Assembly (NCBI GenBank): GCA_017634555.1
Contig: JAGBNF010000023.1
Coordinates: 3,198-67,197 of the forward strand
Length of the DNA stretch: 64,000 nt
Source of the DNA: Eubacterium sp.
GTDB lineage: Bacteria; Bacillota; Clostridia; Lachnospirales; Lachnospiraceae
Direction of reading: 5' to 3'
Position numbers and translations under genes: made by a program
The notes under the pieces: generated by a model
What the model was told of the DNA's origin: nothing
The model's database searches: none
What the model saw: the letters and a program-made list of their open reading frames with translations, nothing else
Part shown: piece after piece, positions 11,020 through 20,395 of the stretch
Layout of the letters: every line of letters begins with the position of its first letter
How positions within the stretch are numbered: position 1 is the first letter of the stretch

Positions 11020-11994
11020 CTAAAAGATTCCTCTTTCACCAAGTCTCTTGGCTACTCTGTTAGATATAAGCAGGAAGATCAGTCCGATGACTGACTGGAA
11101 AAGTCCAACCGCTGTTGTCATCGAGAACTTAAGTCCCTTAATACCGTTTGTATATACGAATGTTGAAATAACATTTGCAACATCCATTACTGTGTTGTTT
11201 CTGAGTGCGAACGGTCTGTCGAAGCTTGATCCGAGGATATGACCAAGGTTGATTATAAGAAGTACAACGATCGTAGGTCTGATGCTCGGAAGTGTCACAT
11301 GCCACATCTTCTTAAAACGTCCGGCTCCGTCAACAGCTGCTGCCTCATAAAGCTCAGGATTGATGCTTGTTATAGCAGCAAGATAAATGATCGAGTTCCA
11401 ACCGAAGCTCTGCCAAATTCCTATGAAAATGTAGGTGAATACCCAATGGGTTGAATCATTCAGGAACGGAACCGCTCCGATACCCATTTTCTCGAATACA
11501 ACATTTATAAGTCCTGTACTCGGTGCAAAAAGCTGAAGGGCAAGACTGGAGATGATGACCCATGACAGGAAGTGAGGCATATAAGCTACAGTCTGTACAG
11601 TCTTCTTCAGTTTGCGGCTTCTTAATTCATTAAGAATAAGTGCAAAGATGATAGGTGCCGGGAATCCTAAGATAAGATCCAGCAGATTAAGCAAAAGTGT
11701 ATTCCTTACTGAATACCAGAAATCCATATTATGGAATGCCTGATTAAAATACTTCATACCGTGCTCGGCTGTTACAGGCATCTGCCAAACACTCATATTC
11801 AGCTTGTAATCCTTCCAGGCGATCTGGATATACTGCATCGGGATATACTTGAAAATAATGAAGTATATCATCGGCAGTGCAAGCATTGCATATAACTGCC
11901 AATAGCGCTTAAAATATACCTTCGCCGGAGTTTTTTTCTTAGCTGAAATTGTCTTTGTCGAAGAACTCTTCGACGCTACATTCGCTTTACTCAT
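11020..11994 (-). CDS. Carbohydrate ABC transporter permease (LplB type)
   Basis: YMPHFLSWVI and EAA loop ELYEAAAVDGAGRF. Confidence 0.92.
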   Translation of the reverse strand: MSKANVASKSSSTKTISAKKKTPAKVYFKRYWQLYAMLALPMIYFIIFKYIPMQYIQIAWKDYKLNMSVWQMPVTAEHGMKYFNQAFHNMDFWYSVRNTLLLNLLDLILGFPAPIIFALILNELRSRKLKKTVQTVAYMPHFLSWVIISSLALQLFAPSTGLINVVFEKMGIGAVPFLNDSTHWVFTYIFIGIWQSFGWNSIIYLAAITSINPELYEAAAVDGAGRFKKMWHVTLPSIRPTIVVLLIINLGHILGSSFDRPFALRNNTVMDVANVISTFVYTNGIKGLKFSMTTAVGLFQSVIGLIFLLISNRVAKRLGERGIF

Positions 11995-12052
11995 GGCTCC
12001 TCCCAATTGTGTTATATGGTTGATTTTTTATACAAAATGAATTATATATTAT

Positions 12053-12124
12053 TCAATGAGCGCTTAACATTGTAAGGGATGTTAGTGATATTGCAAAAGT
12101 CGCATTTTTTTTGCGATATCTGCT
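12053..12124. promoter_or_regulatory. Divergent control region with a LacI/cre-like site and tandem AraC-like half-sites
   Basis: ATGAGCGCTTAACA (LacI-type AGCGCT core); TTGCAAAAGTCGCA and TTGCGATATCTGCT repeats 20 bp apart. Confidence 0.3.
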
Positions 12125-12141
12125 CATAAAATATAGTAAAA

Positions 12142-13086
12142 GTGATGAGAATTTATGCCATGAGACAAGATTTAAGAGCCACATTTACCGATAGACAGTA
12201 CATGCTTTCGGAGGATTACGAGCTGTTCTACTACAGTGATACCCATTTCACTCCGACCAAGCTGCACCACCATTCTTACTATGAATGTTACTTTTTCATA
12301 AAGGGTGAAATCGAGTATTATATTGATGGAAATCCGCACGCTCTCGTGCCGAATGATATCGTTATCATTCCGCCGGGAATAAATCATTATGCTGTATCAC
12401 ACGATCCCGATAAGGTTTATCAGCGTATCGTATTCTGGATTAGCAAGAATTATTATGAATACTTCCGCTCGATATCCGAAGATGTAAGCTACATTTTCAA
12501 TCTTTCGAAGCAGGAAAGAATCTATGTACACCACTGTGATTCCATAACATTCAATTCGCTGGAATCCAGATGCTTTGATCTCATTCAAGAGACAAAGTTG
12601 AATCATTACGGAAAGAGCTTCAGGATATCTCTTCTTATAGGATATCTTCTTCTCAGCATGAACCGTCATGTTTATGAACAGAATCATCCGCATGAACACG
12701 TATCCGATGACAGTCTGTACAGCAAGCTGATAACCTATATAGAGGCAAATGTGAGCGAGCCCATAACTCTGGATTCTCTTTCGAAACAGTTCTTTGTCAG
12801 CAAGAGTTACATATCTCATACCTTCAAGCAGAATCAGGGAATATCTCTGCATCAGTTCATACAGAAAAGGCGTCTGCAGATAATCAAGGATTCGATTGCC
12901 GAAAACAGCGATATCCAGGCCAGCTGTCTGAACTGCGGTTTCAATGATTATTCAAGTTTTTACAGAGCCTTTAAGCGAGAATACGGTCTCTCACCTAAGG
13001 AGTATCGTGATCAGATAACAAGGGCTAAAAACGAACATATGAAGAGTCAGCAGAATAAAGAGCCTGACGAAAACAAACTAAAATAA
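12142..13086 (+). CDS. AraC-family transcriptional regulator with a cupin sensor domain
   Basis: Cupin motif LHHHSYYE and C-terminal HTH CGFNDYSSFYRAFKREYGLSPKEYR; divergent from the sugar ABC operon; start may be ATG 12160. Confidence 0.92.
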   Translation: MMRIYAMRQDLRATFTDRQYMLSEDYELFYYSDTHFTPTKLHHHSYYECYFFIKGEIEYYIDGNPHALVPNDIVIIPPGINHYAVSHDPDKVYQRIVFWISKNYYEYFRSISEDVSYIFNLSKQERIYVHHCDSITFNSLESRCFDLIQETKLNHYGKSFRISLLIGYLLLSMNRHVYEQNHPHEHVSDDSLYSKLITYIEANVSEPITLDSLSKQFFVSKSYISHTFKQNQGISLHQFIQKRRLQIIKDSIAENSDIQASCLNCGFNDYSSFYRAFKREYGLSPKEYRDQITRAKNEHMKSQQNKEPDENKLK

Positions 13087-13117
13087 GCCGTTCTGACAAT
13101 CTTGTCAGAACGGCTTT
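13085..13117. terminator. Bidirectional terminator between the convergent araC-family and SPFH genes
   Basis: Perfect 15-bp inverted repeat AAGCCGTTCTGACAA-TC-TTGTCAGAACGGCTT. Confidence 0.8.
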
Positions 13118-13131
13118 CGCATTATATACGA

Positions 13132-14091
13132 TTACTCTTTTGTTGTCTTTACAGCTTCCGTAACTGCTGTTGCAAGTCCTGCAACTCCCGCAAGCTCTGA
13201 TGGAATGATAAGCTTTGTTGACTTTCCGTCAGCTGCCTTCTCAAATGCATCAAGCTTCTTGATCGTAAGAACCTGATCTGAAGGACTGGACTCATTCAGC
13301 ATTCTGATACCGTCTGCAGTAGCCTGCTGTACGGCTCTGATAGCCTCTGCCTCACCTTCAGCTCTCTTGATAGCTGCTTCTCTGTCTGCTTCAGCCGCAA
13401 GGATTGCTGACTGCTTTGCTGCCTCAGCTGCGAGGATAGCTGCTTCCTTCTCTGCTTCTGCACGGAGGATCTTAGCTTCCTTCTCACCTTCAGAAACAAG
13501 GACTGCTGACTTCTTCTCACCTTCTGCACGAATGATCTGCTCACGTCTCTCACGCTCAGCCTTCATCTGCTTCTCCATTGATTCCTGGATAGCTGCAGGC
13601 GGCATAATGTTCTTAAGCTCCACACGGTTAACCTTGATTCCCCAAGGATCTGTAGCTTCATCGAGAGTAGCTCTCATCTTAGCATTGATTGTTTCTCTTG
13701 ATGTAAGAGTCTGGTCAAGCTCAAGATCACCTATGATATTACGGAGTGTTGTTGCTGTCAGATTCTCTATAGCTGAAAGCGGATTCTCAACACCATAGCA
13801 GTAAAGCTTAGGATCTGTAATCTGGAAGAAAAGAACTGTATCGATTCTCATTGTTACATTATCCTTTGTGATAACCGGCTGTGGCGGGAAATCTGCAACC
13901 TGCTCCTTAAGTGAAACACGTCTTGCAACCTTCTCGAAAACCGGAATCAGCATATGTAGACCAACGCCCCATGTACACTTATATGTTCCGAGATTCTCGA
14001 TTACATAAGCATTTGCCTGCTTAACAACTCTTACCGAACTGCAGAGTAAGATAAAAGCAATAACAAGCACAATAATAATTGCATATTCCAT
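13132..14091 (-). CDS. SPFH/band-7 (stomatin/QmcA-like) membrane protein
   Basis: PPQPVITKDNV, LDQTLTSR..IN, WGIKVNRVELK and an EA-rich coiled coil. Confidence 0.93.
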   Translation of the reverse strand: MEYAIIIVLVIAFILLCSSVRVVKQANAYVIENLGTYKCTWGVGLHMLIPVFEKVARRVSLKEQVADFPPQPVITKDNVTMRIDTVLFFQITDPKLYCYGVENPLSAIENLTATTLRNIIGDLELDQTLTSRETINAKMRATLDEATDPWGIKVNRVELKNIMPPAAIQESMEKQMKAERERREQIIRAEGEKKSAVLVSEGEKEAKILRAEAEKEAAILAAEAAKQSAILAAEADREAAIKRAEGEAEAIRAVQQATADGIRMLNESSPSDQVLTIKKLDAFEKAADGKSTKLIIPSELAGVAGLATAVTEAVKTTKE

Positions 14092-14537
14092 TACTCATTT
14101 ACCTCCCTTAAATATACCCTTGTACCTTCAATGTTAACTATTTCAGCAAAGGAATCCTTTGCAATAGTTCTACCGTTTTCCGAAACAGCTCTCCACTCAA
14201 CATCACCGATCTTTATAAGACCCGTACCTGTTGATGAATCGACTGTCTCAATCACCTTGACCTTCTTTCCGATATTGCGGTCGATATTTGTCGGAGCCGC
14301 TGTGGTAAGAAGCTTCTTTTTGGCTATCGGACGGATTGCCAGAAGCAGTACCGTCGATACGACAATAAACAGAACTATCTGAATATAAATGTTAGCTCCG
14401 TAATAAGCTGCGACCGCTGCCGCAATCGCTCCTCCGCAGAACCATATGGACGTCAAACCCAGTGAAATGATTTCCCATATGATCATGACCGCAAACACTA
14501 TGATCCAGATTGTTGCTGCAATAACATTTGGTGACAT
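14091..14537 (-). CDS. NfeD family protein (SPFH partner)
   Basis: N-terminal TM helices, C-terminal OB fold G.IKIGDVEWRA; coupled to the SPFH gene. Confidence 0.88.
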   Translation of the reverse strand: MSPNVIAATIWIIVFAVMIIWEIISLGLTSIWFCGGAIAAAVAAYYGANIYIQIVLFIVVSTVLLLAIRPIAKKKLLTTAAPTNIDRNIGKKVKVIETVDSSTGTGLIKIGDVEWRAVSENGRTIAKDSFAEIVNIEGTRVYLREVNE

Positions 14538-14588
14538 ACTTCCACCTCCATTCTAAATCCCCTGTTAAATCACTTTATAAATGTACCA

Positions 14589-16895
14589 TCAATCTCTGTA
14601 GTAATTGATGAGGCATCCCTTCTCAATTATAGTACGCTCATCATCTGTAAGCGCACCAAGCTTAAGTGAGATTTCCTTCATTCCCTTATTTACTATATAT
14701 CCCTTAATAACCTCTGCCTTACTCATAAGAGCTTCTCTTACTCCCGGAATGAAGATGTAATCATCATTCTCAAGACCGAAAGGATTATCAAGTGTTATGT
14801 CAACTGAATCCTCATCGATAACAAACGGAAGCATACCCCAGTTGATGAGGTTCGAACGATATCTCTTTGTTGCATATTCCTTAGCAATGTTAGCCCATCC
14901 GCCAAGAACCTTCTGGCATGATGCAGCCTGCTCACGAGCAGAACCGTCACCCGGCTTAACAGCATAGATAGTTGTACCGAAGCCTGTATTCTCACGGCTT
15001 GCATTCTCGAACTTCTCCTTAACAACAGGCATAACCTGCTTGATCTCAGGATAAACCTCACATGGATGCTCACCCTTCTCACGAGCGATCTCTACTTCAT
15101 GGAAAGCCTTAGCTCTTCCAACATACTCAGGATCCTTACGTGACAGTGTGAACTCAGCAAGTCCGATAGGATTTGATCTGAATGATGATGTCTCTCCTGA
15201 AGGAATAAGCTCATCAGTAGTTGTTACAGGGTCTGTGATAACAGATGCAACCTTGAGAAGAAGATTCTCTGTAAGTGCAGGCATTTCAGGCCAATCCTTA
15301 ATATTCGGACCGAACTTGATATCAGACTCCGGCTGAGCTTTGCCCCATCCGTCGTAAACTCTGTTTGCATAAATGTCTTTATCAAAGAAATACTTAGGAC
15401 CTGTGTACTCAACATCAAGATCAGTAGCAGGTGTAAGGTATCCCTTGTTAACAGCTGTTGCTGCAATACTTCTTGCATCCATAAGAGCAACGCTTGATAT
15501 CTGACCGTTCTGGATCTTTGAACCTTCTCTGTTAGGGAAGTTACGTGTTGAATGTCTGATAGACAGTGCACCGTTAGCAGGTGTATCTCCTGCACCGAAG
15601 CAAGGTCCGCAGAATGCAGTCTTCATAACTCCGCCTGCATGAAGGATTTCGGCAGCACGTCCGTTGTTGATAAGCTCCATCATGATAGGAACACTTGCAG
15701 GATAAACTGAAAGTGTAAACTCATCGCTTCCGATATAGTGGCCCTTAAGTATATCAACAGCATCGCAGATATTTTCGAATCCACCACCGGCACAACCGGC
15801 GATGATTCCCTGCTCTACATAGAGACGTCCGTCATGGATCTTGTCTGTAAGCTTGAACTCAACATCACCTGTAAGCTGCTTACGTCCGTTCTCCTCACAC
15901 TCATGAAGGATATCCTCAAGATTTGCATTGAGTTCCTCGATAGTATAAGTATTACTTGGATGGAACGGAAGTGCGATCATAGGACGAACCTTTGAAAGAT
16001 CAACATATACAACTCCGTCATAGTAAGCAACGCTCTCAGGCTTTGTCTCAACATAAGCCTCAGGACGGAAATGTGTATCATACCATTCCTTAGTCTTCTC
16101 ATCTGTAGCCCAGATGGATGAAAGACATGTAGTCTCTGTTGTCATTACATCTATGCCGATACGGTAATCGCTTGAAAGCTTTGCGATACCAGGTCCGACA
16201 AATTCCATTACCTTATTCTTAACATATCCGTTCTTGAATACTGCACCGATGATAGCAAGTGCAACGTCCTGAGGACCTACACCCTTTGCCGGCTCACCGT
16301 CAAGATATACAGCAACAACGCCTGGACGAGCAACATCATATGTTTTTCCGAGAAGCTGCTTAGCAAGCTCTCCGCCGCCTTCACCGATAGCCATCGTACC
16401 GAGAGCTCCGTAACGTGTGTGGCTGTCAGATCCGAGGATCATAGCTCCGCACTCAGCAAGCTCTTCTCTTGCATACTGATGGATAACCGCCTGATGAGGA
16501 GGAACATAGATTCCGCCGTACTTCTTTGCACATGAGAGACCGAAAACATGATCGTCCTCATTGATAGTTCCGCCTACTGCACAAAGTGAGTTATGACAGT
16601 TAGTAAGAACATAAGGGATAGGGAATTCCTTAAGTCCCGATGCTCTTGCTGTCTGAATGATTCCAACGAAGGTGATATCATGTGATGTCATCTTGTCGAA
16701 CTTTATCTTAAGCTGCTCAGTATCTCCGCTGGTATTATGCTTCTGCAGAATTCCGTAAGCGATAGTACCCTTTGTAGCTTCCTCCTTAGAAGTCTTGATC
16801 CCCTTAGATGCAAGAACCCCTTCTGCAGCACCGTCATCTGCTACCAGTTCAGTTCCGTTCAGGAGATACGCTCCCGTCTCAAATAACTTAATCAT
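14589..16895 (-). CDS. Aconitase-family hydratase (YbhJ-like)
   Basis: [21 protein letters not shown], Fe-S cysteines IAGCAGG and [16 protein letters not shown], swivel-domain [10 protein letters not shown]. Confidence 0.92.
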   Translation of the reverse strand: MIKLFETGAYLLNGTELVADDGAAEGVLASKGIKTSKEEATKGTIAYGILQKHNTSGDTEQLKIKFDKMTSHDITFVGIIQTARASGLKEFPIPYVLTNCHNSLCAVGGTINEDDHVFGLSCAKKYGGIYVPPHQAVIHQYAREELAECGAMILGSDSHTRYGALGTMAIGEGGGELAKQLLGKTYDVARPGVVAVYLDGEPAKGVGPQDVALAIIGAVFKNGYVKNKVMEFVGPGIAKLSSDYRIGIDVMTTETTCLSSIWATDEKTKEWYDTHFRPEAYVETKPESVAYYDGVVYVDLSKVRPMIALPFHPSNTYTIEELNANLEDILHECEENGRKQLTGDVEFKLTDKIHDGRLYVEQGIIAGCAGGGFENICDAVDILKGHYIGSDEFTLSVYPASVPIMMELINNGRAAEILHAGGVMKTAFCGPCFGAGDTPANGALSIRHSTRNFPNREGSKIQNGQISSVALMDARSIAATAVNKGYLTPATDLDVEYTGPKYFFDKDIYANRVYDGWGKAQPESDIKFGPNIKDWPEMPALTENLLLKVASVITDPVTTTDELIPSGETSSFRSNPIGLAEFTLSRKDPEYVGRAKAFHEVEIAREKGEHPCEVYPEIKQVMPVVKEKFENASRENTGFGTTIYAVKPGDGSAREQAASCQKVLGGWANIAKEYATKRYRSNLINWGMLPFVIDEDSVDITLDNPFGLENDDYIFIPGVREALMSKAEVIKGYIVNKGMKEISLKLGALTDDERTIIEKGCLINYYRD

Positions 16896-16979
16896 AGTTC
16901 CCTCCAAAGTTAATATATTTATACAGCAAATGTGCGGCGGACCATGAAACTCATCATCAGCCGTACATTTACATAGTTA

Positions 16980-18530
16980 TCAATTTGATTGATGACTTCT
17001 GAAGTCATCGATTGCCTTCTGATAATCCGCAATCGCATATGTACCCGGAAGCGGATAAACATCCATTCCCTTGATTATCTCATACTCTTCATCATAATCG
17101 GACTTATCTACCATATTGTCTTCGCCGTATCCGTTTCTGTAATACAGAACGTCATCATTATATACGAAATGTGTGAATTCTGCACTGTCTCCGGAAATCT
17201 TGATTGTACCGTAGGTATTCTCGCCATTCTGTATGACCACTCCGTTCTCTCCGAGTCCGGTAAGCGGTACGACCAGCGTAACAAGCTTTACTCTTTCATC
17301 CGAGTAAGTCTCGATATAGCATGTAAGATTTGACATCAGAACCATTTCAGGAATTCCGTTATTATCAAGATCCGCAATAAAAAGCTTTTCAGGCTTGTAC
17401 TTGTCATATGTAAGATATTCTGTCGAATTGATTGACTGATCCGGATGCTTGCTTGAAGACGTCTTAACATAAGGAGATGTAGTACACTGTGTATTCAGGT
17501 TCTTATCCCAGTCTCCCATAAACGCAGCATAAGCCTTAGCCCACTTAGGTGTAAGATACTTCTCAATCTCACTGAAGTCTACATCATTACCGCACATAAC
17601 TCTCAGCTCATCCATGATGGCATTTGCAGCATCCTCATCTCCTGCTTTCGCAAACTCAAGTGCCTTTGCGAGACCGTCTTCCTTTGCCTTCTTGTATGCC
17701 TCATCCTTAATCTTTGTAAAATCTGACTTATACTCAAGAAATACAGTCTGATCAGCCGGCACATCCAGCATATTCTTTGCCATTTCATAGGCTGTTGCGT
17801 ATTCACCGTCTTCCATATACTGCTTCATTCTCTTCAGCTGATCCTCATAAAGCTTGATATACTCAAGCTCCACACCGAGCTCATCGCAGTATTCTGTCTC
17901 ATTATAAACATTCTTGGCTACGGTGACATATGCATATATCTCATCATAATCTATGTCTCCCGCCTTGAACTTTGAAAACTTGCCCTTCAGATAACCGTCA
18001 AGTCTCTCATCCAGGAACTTCTGATATGCAGCCTTATCGGATTCCACATATCCGTCAAGGAGTGATACACCGGCATCATCCGTAACATTATAAACCTTAC
18101 TGAATTTACTTACAGCATCAAGGATACTGTCATCTTCTTCATAAAAGCTGCTATGAGATTCCTCCATAACATTTATGCACTGAGTAAGCGAGATATCCTC
18201 AACAGCTTCAAGATTCTTTCCTTTAAATGCTCCGATAGATTCGGAAGCTCTGACTCTCTTTATAGCATCCTCATAGGTTCCGTTACCGCGAAGATAATTA
18301 TTGGTCTCTGTGATTATAAAGCCCTTCACCACTACGTCCCTATCAGACTCTGCCAAAAACTTAACCTTGTCATAATAGCCTGCAGCTGCAGCACCGTTAC
18401 CATCCTTCAGTGCATCGATCATCTTATTCTTGTAAATGCTCGGCAGCACGAACAGTATAGCGGCAGCGGCCTCCAACAATATAAATATCACAGCCGTTAT
18501 TCCGATTATCAGCCATTTTTTACTCTTCAT
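16980..18530 (-). CDS. Hypothetical membrane-anchored protein, paralog of the upstream gene, with a C-terminal Ca-binding-like motif (ADLDNNGIPEM)
   Basis: 516-aa ORF, N-terminal TM helix, GGAG RBS. Confidence 0.75.
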   Translation of the reverse strand: MKSKKWLIIGITAVIFILLEAAAAILFVLPSIYKNKMIDALKDGNGAAAAGYYDKVKFLAESDRDVVVKGFIITETNNYLRGNGTYEDAIKRVRASESIGAFKGKNLEAVEDISLTQCINVMEESHSSFYEEDDSILDAVSKFSKVYNVTDDAGVSLLDGYVESDKAAYQKFLDERLDGYLKGKFSKFKAGDIDYDEIYAYVTVAKNVYNETEYCDELGVELEYIKLYEDQLKRMKQYMEDGEYATAYEMAKNMLDVPADQTVFLEYKSDFTKIKDEAYKKAKEDGLAKALEFAKAGDEDAANAIMDELRVMCGNDVDFSEIEKYLTPKWAKAYAAFMGDWDKNLNTQCTTSPYVKTSSSKHPDQSINSTEYLTYDKYKPEKLFIADLDNNGIPEMVLMSNLTCYIETYSDERVKLVTLVVPLTGLGENGVVIQNGENTYGTIKISGDSAEFTHFVYNDDVLYYRNGYGEDNMVDKSDYDEEYEIIKGMDVYPLPGTYAIADYQKAIDDFRSHQSN

Positions 18531-18589
18531 AGATTAACGTCTCCTAAAACCGGTTGCAAAAAAAATAGTGTATTATCCGAAATGTATCA

Positions 18590-19288
18590 TTATTCCGTTT
18601 CGATCATAGAAAGCTCTTCATCTACCCGATCCAGAAAATCTGAATCGTTCGGGAAGAATTCATAAGCCACATCAACATATGCGATGATTGCCGTAGCATC
18701 CAGCTTTCCGGCCTTATACGCATCATACTTTTCTTTAAGATGATCCTCGAGTCCCTTATCGATATATGCATAATACTCATCAGCCTTGTTTCCGTAGCTG
18801 TCGATGAGTGAAATGCCCTTCTTATCATAAGCATTATACACATCATCGAATTCATCCCATATATCGAAGAGGTTTTCGCCCTCATTAAGAATCTTGTCGG
18901 TAAAACCTTTCTCATAAAGATCTATAAGCTGTACAAGATTCGTGGTCTTTACACAGTCAAGTGACGAGCCCTTAAAATCAGGAATCTTATCTACCGCTCT
19001 GATATGAGAAATGTACTCTTCATATGAAGTTTCTCCGGTCAGATAGCTGTTTGCCTCGGTGACCATAAAACCTTTTATATCTTTTTCAATATCCTGCGCA
19101 GCAAAGAAACGAACCTTATCATAGTAGTCCGCCGCTGCTTCGCCCTTTCCCTCTCTCAGCGCTTCAAACATCTTGTTCTTATTCATTCCCGGAATGATAA
19201 ATAATAATGCTGCCGCAACTTCAAAAGCGATAATTATGAAAGAGACAATTGCAATAACCGCCCATTTCTTATTCTTCAAACGCAACAC
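18590..19288 (-). CDS. Hypothetical membrane-anchored protein, short paralog of 16980..18530
   Basis: 232-aa ORF, N-terminal TM helix, aligns by eye with the first part of the downstream ORF; exact start (GTG/TTG) uncertain. Confidence 0.72.
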   Translation of the reverse strand: MLRLKNKKWAVIAIVSFIIIAFEVAAALLFIIPGMNKNKMFEALREGKGEAAADYYDKVRFFAAQDIEKDIKGFMVTEANSYLTGETSYEEYISHIRAVDKIPDFKGSSLDCVKTTNLVQLIDLYEKGFTDKILNEGENLFDIWDEFDDVYNAYDKKGISLIDSYGNKADEYYAYIDKGLEDHLKEKYDAYKAGKLDATAIIAYVDVAYEFFPNDSDFLDRVDEELSMIETE

Positions 19289-19302
19289 CCCTTTTTCGGT
19301 AA

Positions 19303-20325
19303 TTACTCTTCCGTATCCGATTCTTCATCAGCGTCACCTTCCTCCGGAGCCTCCTCAGATTCCTCTTCAGTATCATCTGTATCCGAAGTTGTTGTAACCG
19401 ACGGAACCACAAGGTTATCCGATGCGGCTTCCTTATAGTTATCCTTTGGCCATCCGAACAATGCATAAAACGTTATCACTGCAACAAGGCCGAGTATGGC
19501 GATCACAAGCGAAACTATTCCAAATATCTTAAGTCCGGTTCCTTCAGAATTCTTCTGTGGAGGAACAGGTGCAGACGGCTGTCCCGGAAGTGTTCTGGTT
19601 CCTGCAAGCATTCCCGAACCCGGAACCATTCCCGGTCCTATAAGCTTGCCCGTAACAAACTGATTCGGCAGCGGGCCTGACCCCGGCATCGGTACTGAAC
19701 CCGGCTGAAGCTGCTGCTGGATCATCGATTCATTCAGAAGCGGTCCCGTTACAGGAAGCGGTCCCGAGCCCGGTATCGGACCTGTAACCGGCAGTGGACC
19801 TGAACCCGGTATCGGACCTGTGCCCGGCAGTGGACCTGAACCCGGTATGGTTACAAATCCTCCCTCCTGATCAAATCCCTGCTGTGTAAGTGTATCGGTA
19901 ACAAGCACCGTAGTTGCATCCTCCGGTGTCGTCAGATTGTCTGTCGTAAGAACTGTTGTTGCATCCTCAGGCGTTGTCAGATTGTCCGTCGTAAGAACTG
20001 TTGTTGCGTCTTCAGGTGTTGTAAGTGTATCTGTTGTAAGCACCGTTGTCGCAAACTCAGACGCAGGATCTGTACCCATTACAAGAGTATCCGTTGTCAG
20101 CACTGTCGTCGCATCCTCAGACTGGCCCATCATTTCCGCAGTGAGAATTGTTGTGGCTGCTTCCGAAGCAGAAGCTTCTGCGGATCCTTCCGCAACAGCG
20201 GCTGCAGCCGCATCCTCAACAGCCGACTTCATTACATCATCCATCGCTATACTTTCAAAACTGTCTGTTGTATCGGTAGACTGAATAATATCTATACTTT
20301 CATTTAATGTTTTTTCTTCTGCCAT
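19303..20325 (-). CDS. Hypothetical single-pass membrane protein with TTVL repeats and Pro/Gly repeats
   Basis: 340-aa ORF, acidic N-terminus, repeats, one TM helix, short acidic tail. Confidence 0.78.
   Translation of the reverse strand: MAEEKTLNESIDIIQSTDTTDSFESIAMDDVMKSAVEDAAAAAVAEGSAEASASEAATTILTAEMMGQSEDATTVLTTDTLVMGTDPASEFATTVLTTDTLTTPEDATTVLTTDNLTTPEDATTVLTTDNLTTPEDATTVLVTDTLTQQGFDQEGGFVTIPGSGPLPGTGPIPGSGPLPVTGPIPGSGPLPVTGPLLNESMIQQQLQPGSVPMPGSGPLPNQFVTGKLIGPGMVPGSGMLAGTRTLPGQPSAPVPPQKNSEGTGLKIFGIVSLVIAILGLVAVITFYALFGWPKDNYKEAASDNLVVPSVTTTSDTDDTEEESEEAPEEGDADEESDTEE
19600..20165 (-). repeat. Coding tandem repeats: about 45-bp TTPEDATTVLTTDNL units and about 36-bp GSGPLPVTGPIP units
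   Basis: Read directly from DNA and protein. Confidence 0.85.
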
Positions 20326-20395
20326 ACATTCTTCTCCATAAATACTTATAAATAGGGCTTATAAGCAGTTCAAACAAATAATTGATATTTTATCA

